Shown: positions 23,927 through 24,000 of the stretch, piece by piece
Layout of the letters: each line of letters begins with the position of its first letter
Position numbering within the stretch: the first letter of the stretch is position 1
Translations under genes and position numbers: made by a program
Notes under the pieces: model-generated
What the model was told of the DNA's origin: nothing
The model's input: only the letters and a program-made list of their open reading frames with translations
Databases searched by the model: none
NCBI GenBank assembly: GCA_041649995.1
Contig: JBAZMA010000010.1
Location: forward strand, 37,913-61,912
Origin: Candidatus Omnitrophota bacterium
Lineage (GTDB): Bacteria; Omnitrophota; Gorgyraeia; Velamenicoccales; Velamenicoccaceae
DNA: 24,000 bases
Direction: 5' to 3'

Positions 23927-24000
23927 GGAATCCTCATTTTTAAACGCGGGCCGAACTGACCCCTCTTCAAAATATCACGGGGATTTCGGAAGGCTCCCCT

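Noticed and set aside
1-24000. Looked for mobile-element, defence-island or prophage hallmarks: integrase, transposase, terminal inverted repeats, a tRNA target, toxin-antitoxin pairs, or an abrupt composition shift.
   Set aside because: None were found. Gene content is housekeeping, co-directional and tightly packed. The only AT-rich stretches are short promoter regions (1240-1431 and 18874-19090).

Overview
This window looks like 24 kb of ordinary chromosomal core from an unidentified bacterium. It is probably an uncultivated diderm anaerobe, but taxonomy cannot be assigned from this sequence alone. I call 22 protein genes, 21 of them on the minus strand. In window order they are: a partial FadD-like acyl-CoA ligase, a PadR regulator translationally coupled to accA, a LysM/L,D-transpeptidase, a divergent PAP2 protein, a membrane coiled-coil protein, comM (+ strand), an OmpA-like lipoprotein, a PPC/DUF296 protein, a desulforedoxin-like mini-protein, folE, mnmE, folC, purH, a YchF homologue without a P-loop, an EF-G paralog, a Ddl-like ATP-grasp ligase with lysine 2,3-aminomutase, an ABC-2 exporter pair, a HAD phosphatase, a PAC2-family protein and an M20 peptidase. 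I found no tRNA or rRNA genes, CRISPR arrays, transposases, integrases or recognisable defence genes, so I do not see an accessory island. The unexplained signal is mostly noncoding or at the level of sequence motifs. (1) At 21264-21723 there is an ORF-free tandem array: two identical 122-bp modules separated by GC-clamped hairpins, and the second copy of each hairpin carries a related nested AT-rich hairpin. (2) The purH-folC spacer (11661-11951) is built almost entirely from degenerate heptanucleotide tandem repeats. (3) A promoter, a leader of about 95 nt and an intrinsic terminator run directly into the ATG of the ATP-grasp/kamA operon. (4) The EF-G paralog has the switch-II catalytic His replaced by Tyr (DTPGY). 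It lies next to a YchF homologue that lacks the Walker A motif. (5) A TAGT-N8-ACTA palindrome sits on the -10 of the acyl-CoA ligase promoter, just downstream of the padR gene. All family calls come from motifs recognised by eye. No database search, folding program or statistical test was run.
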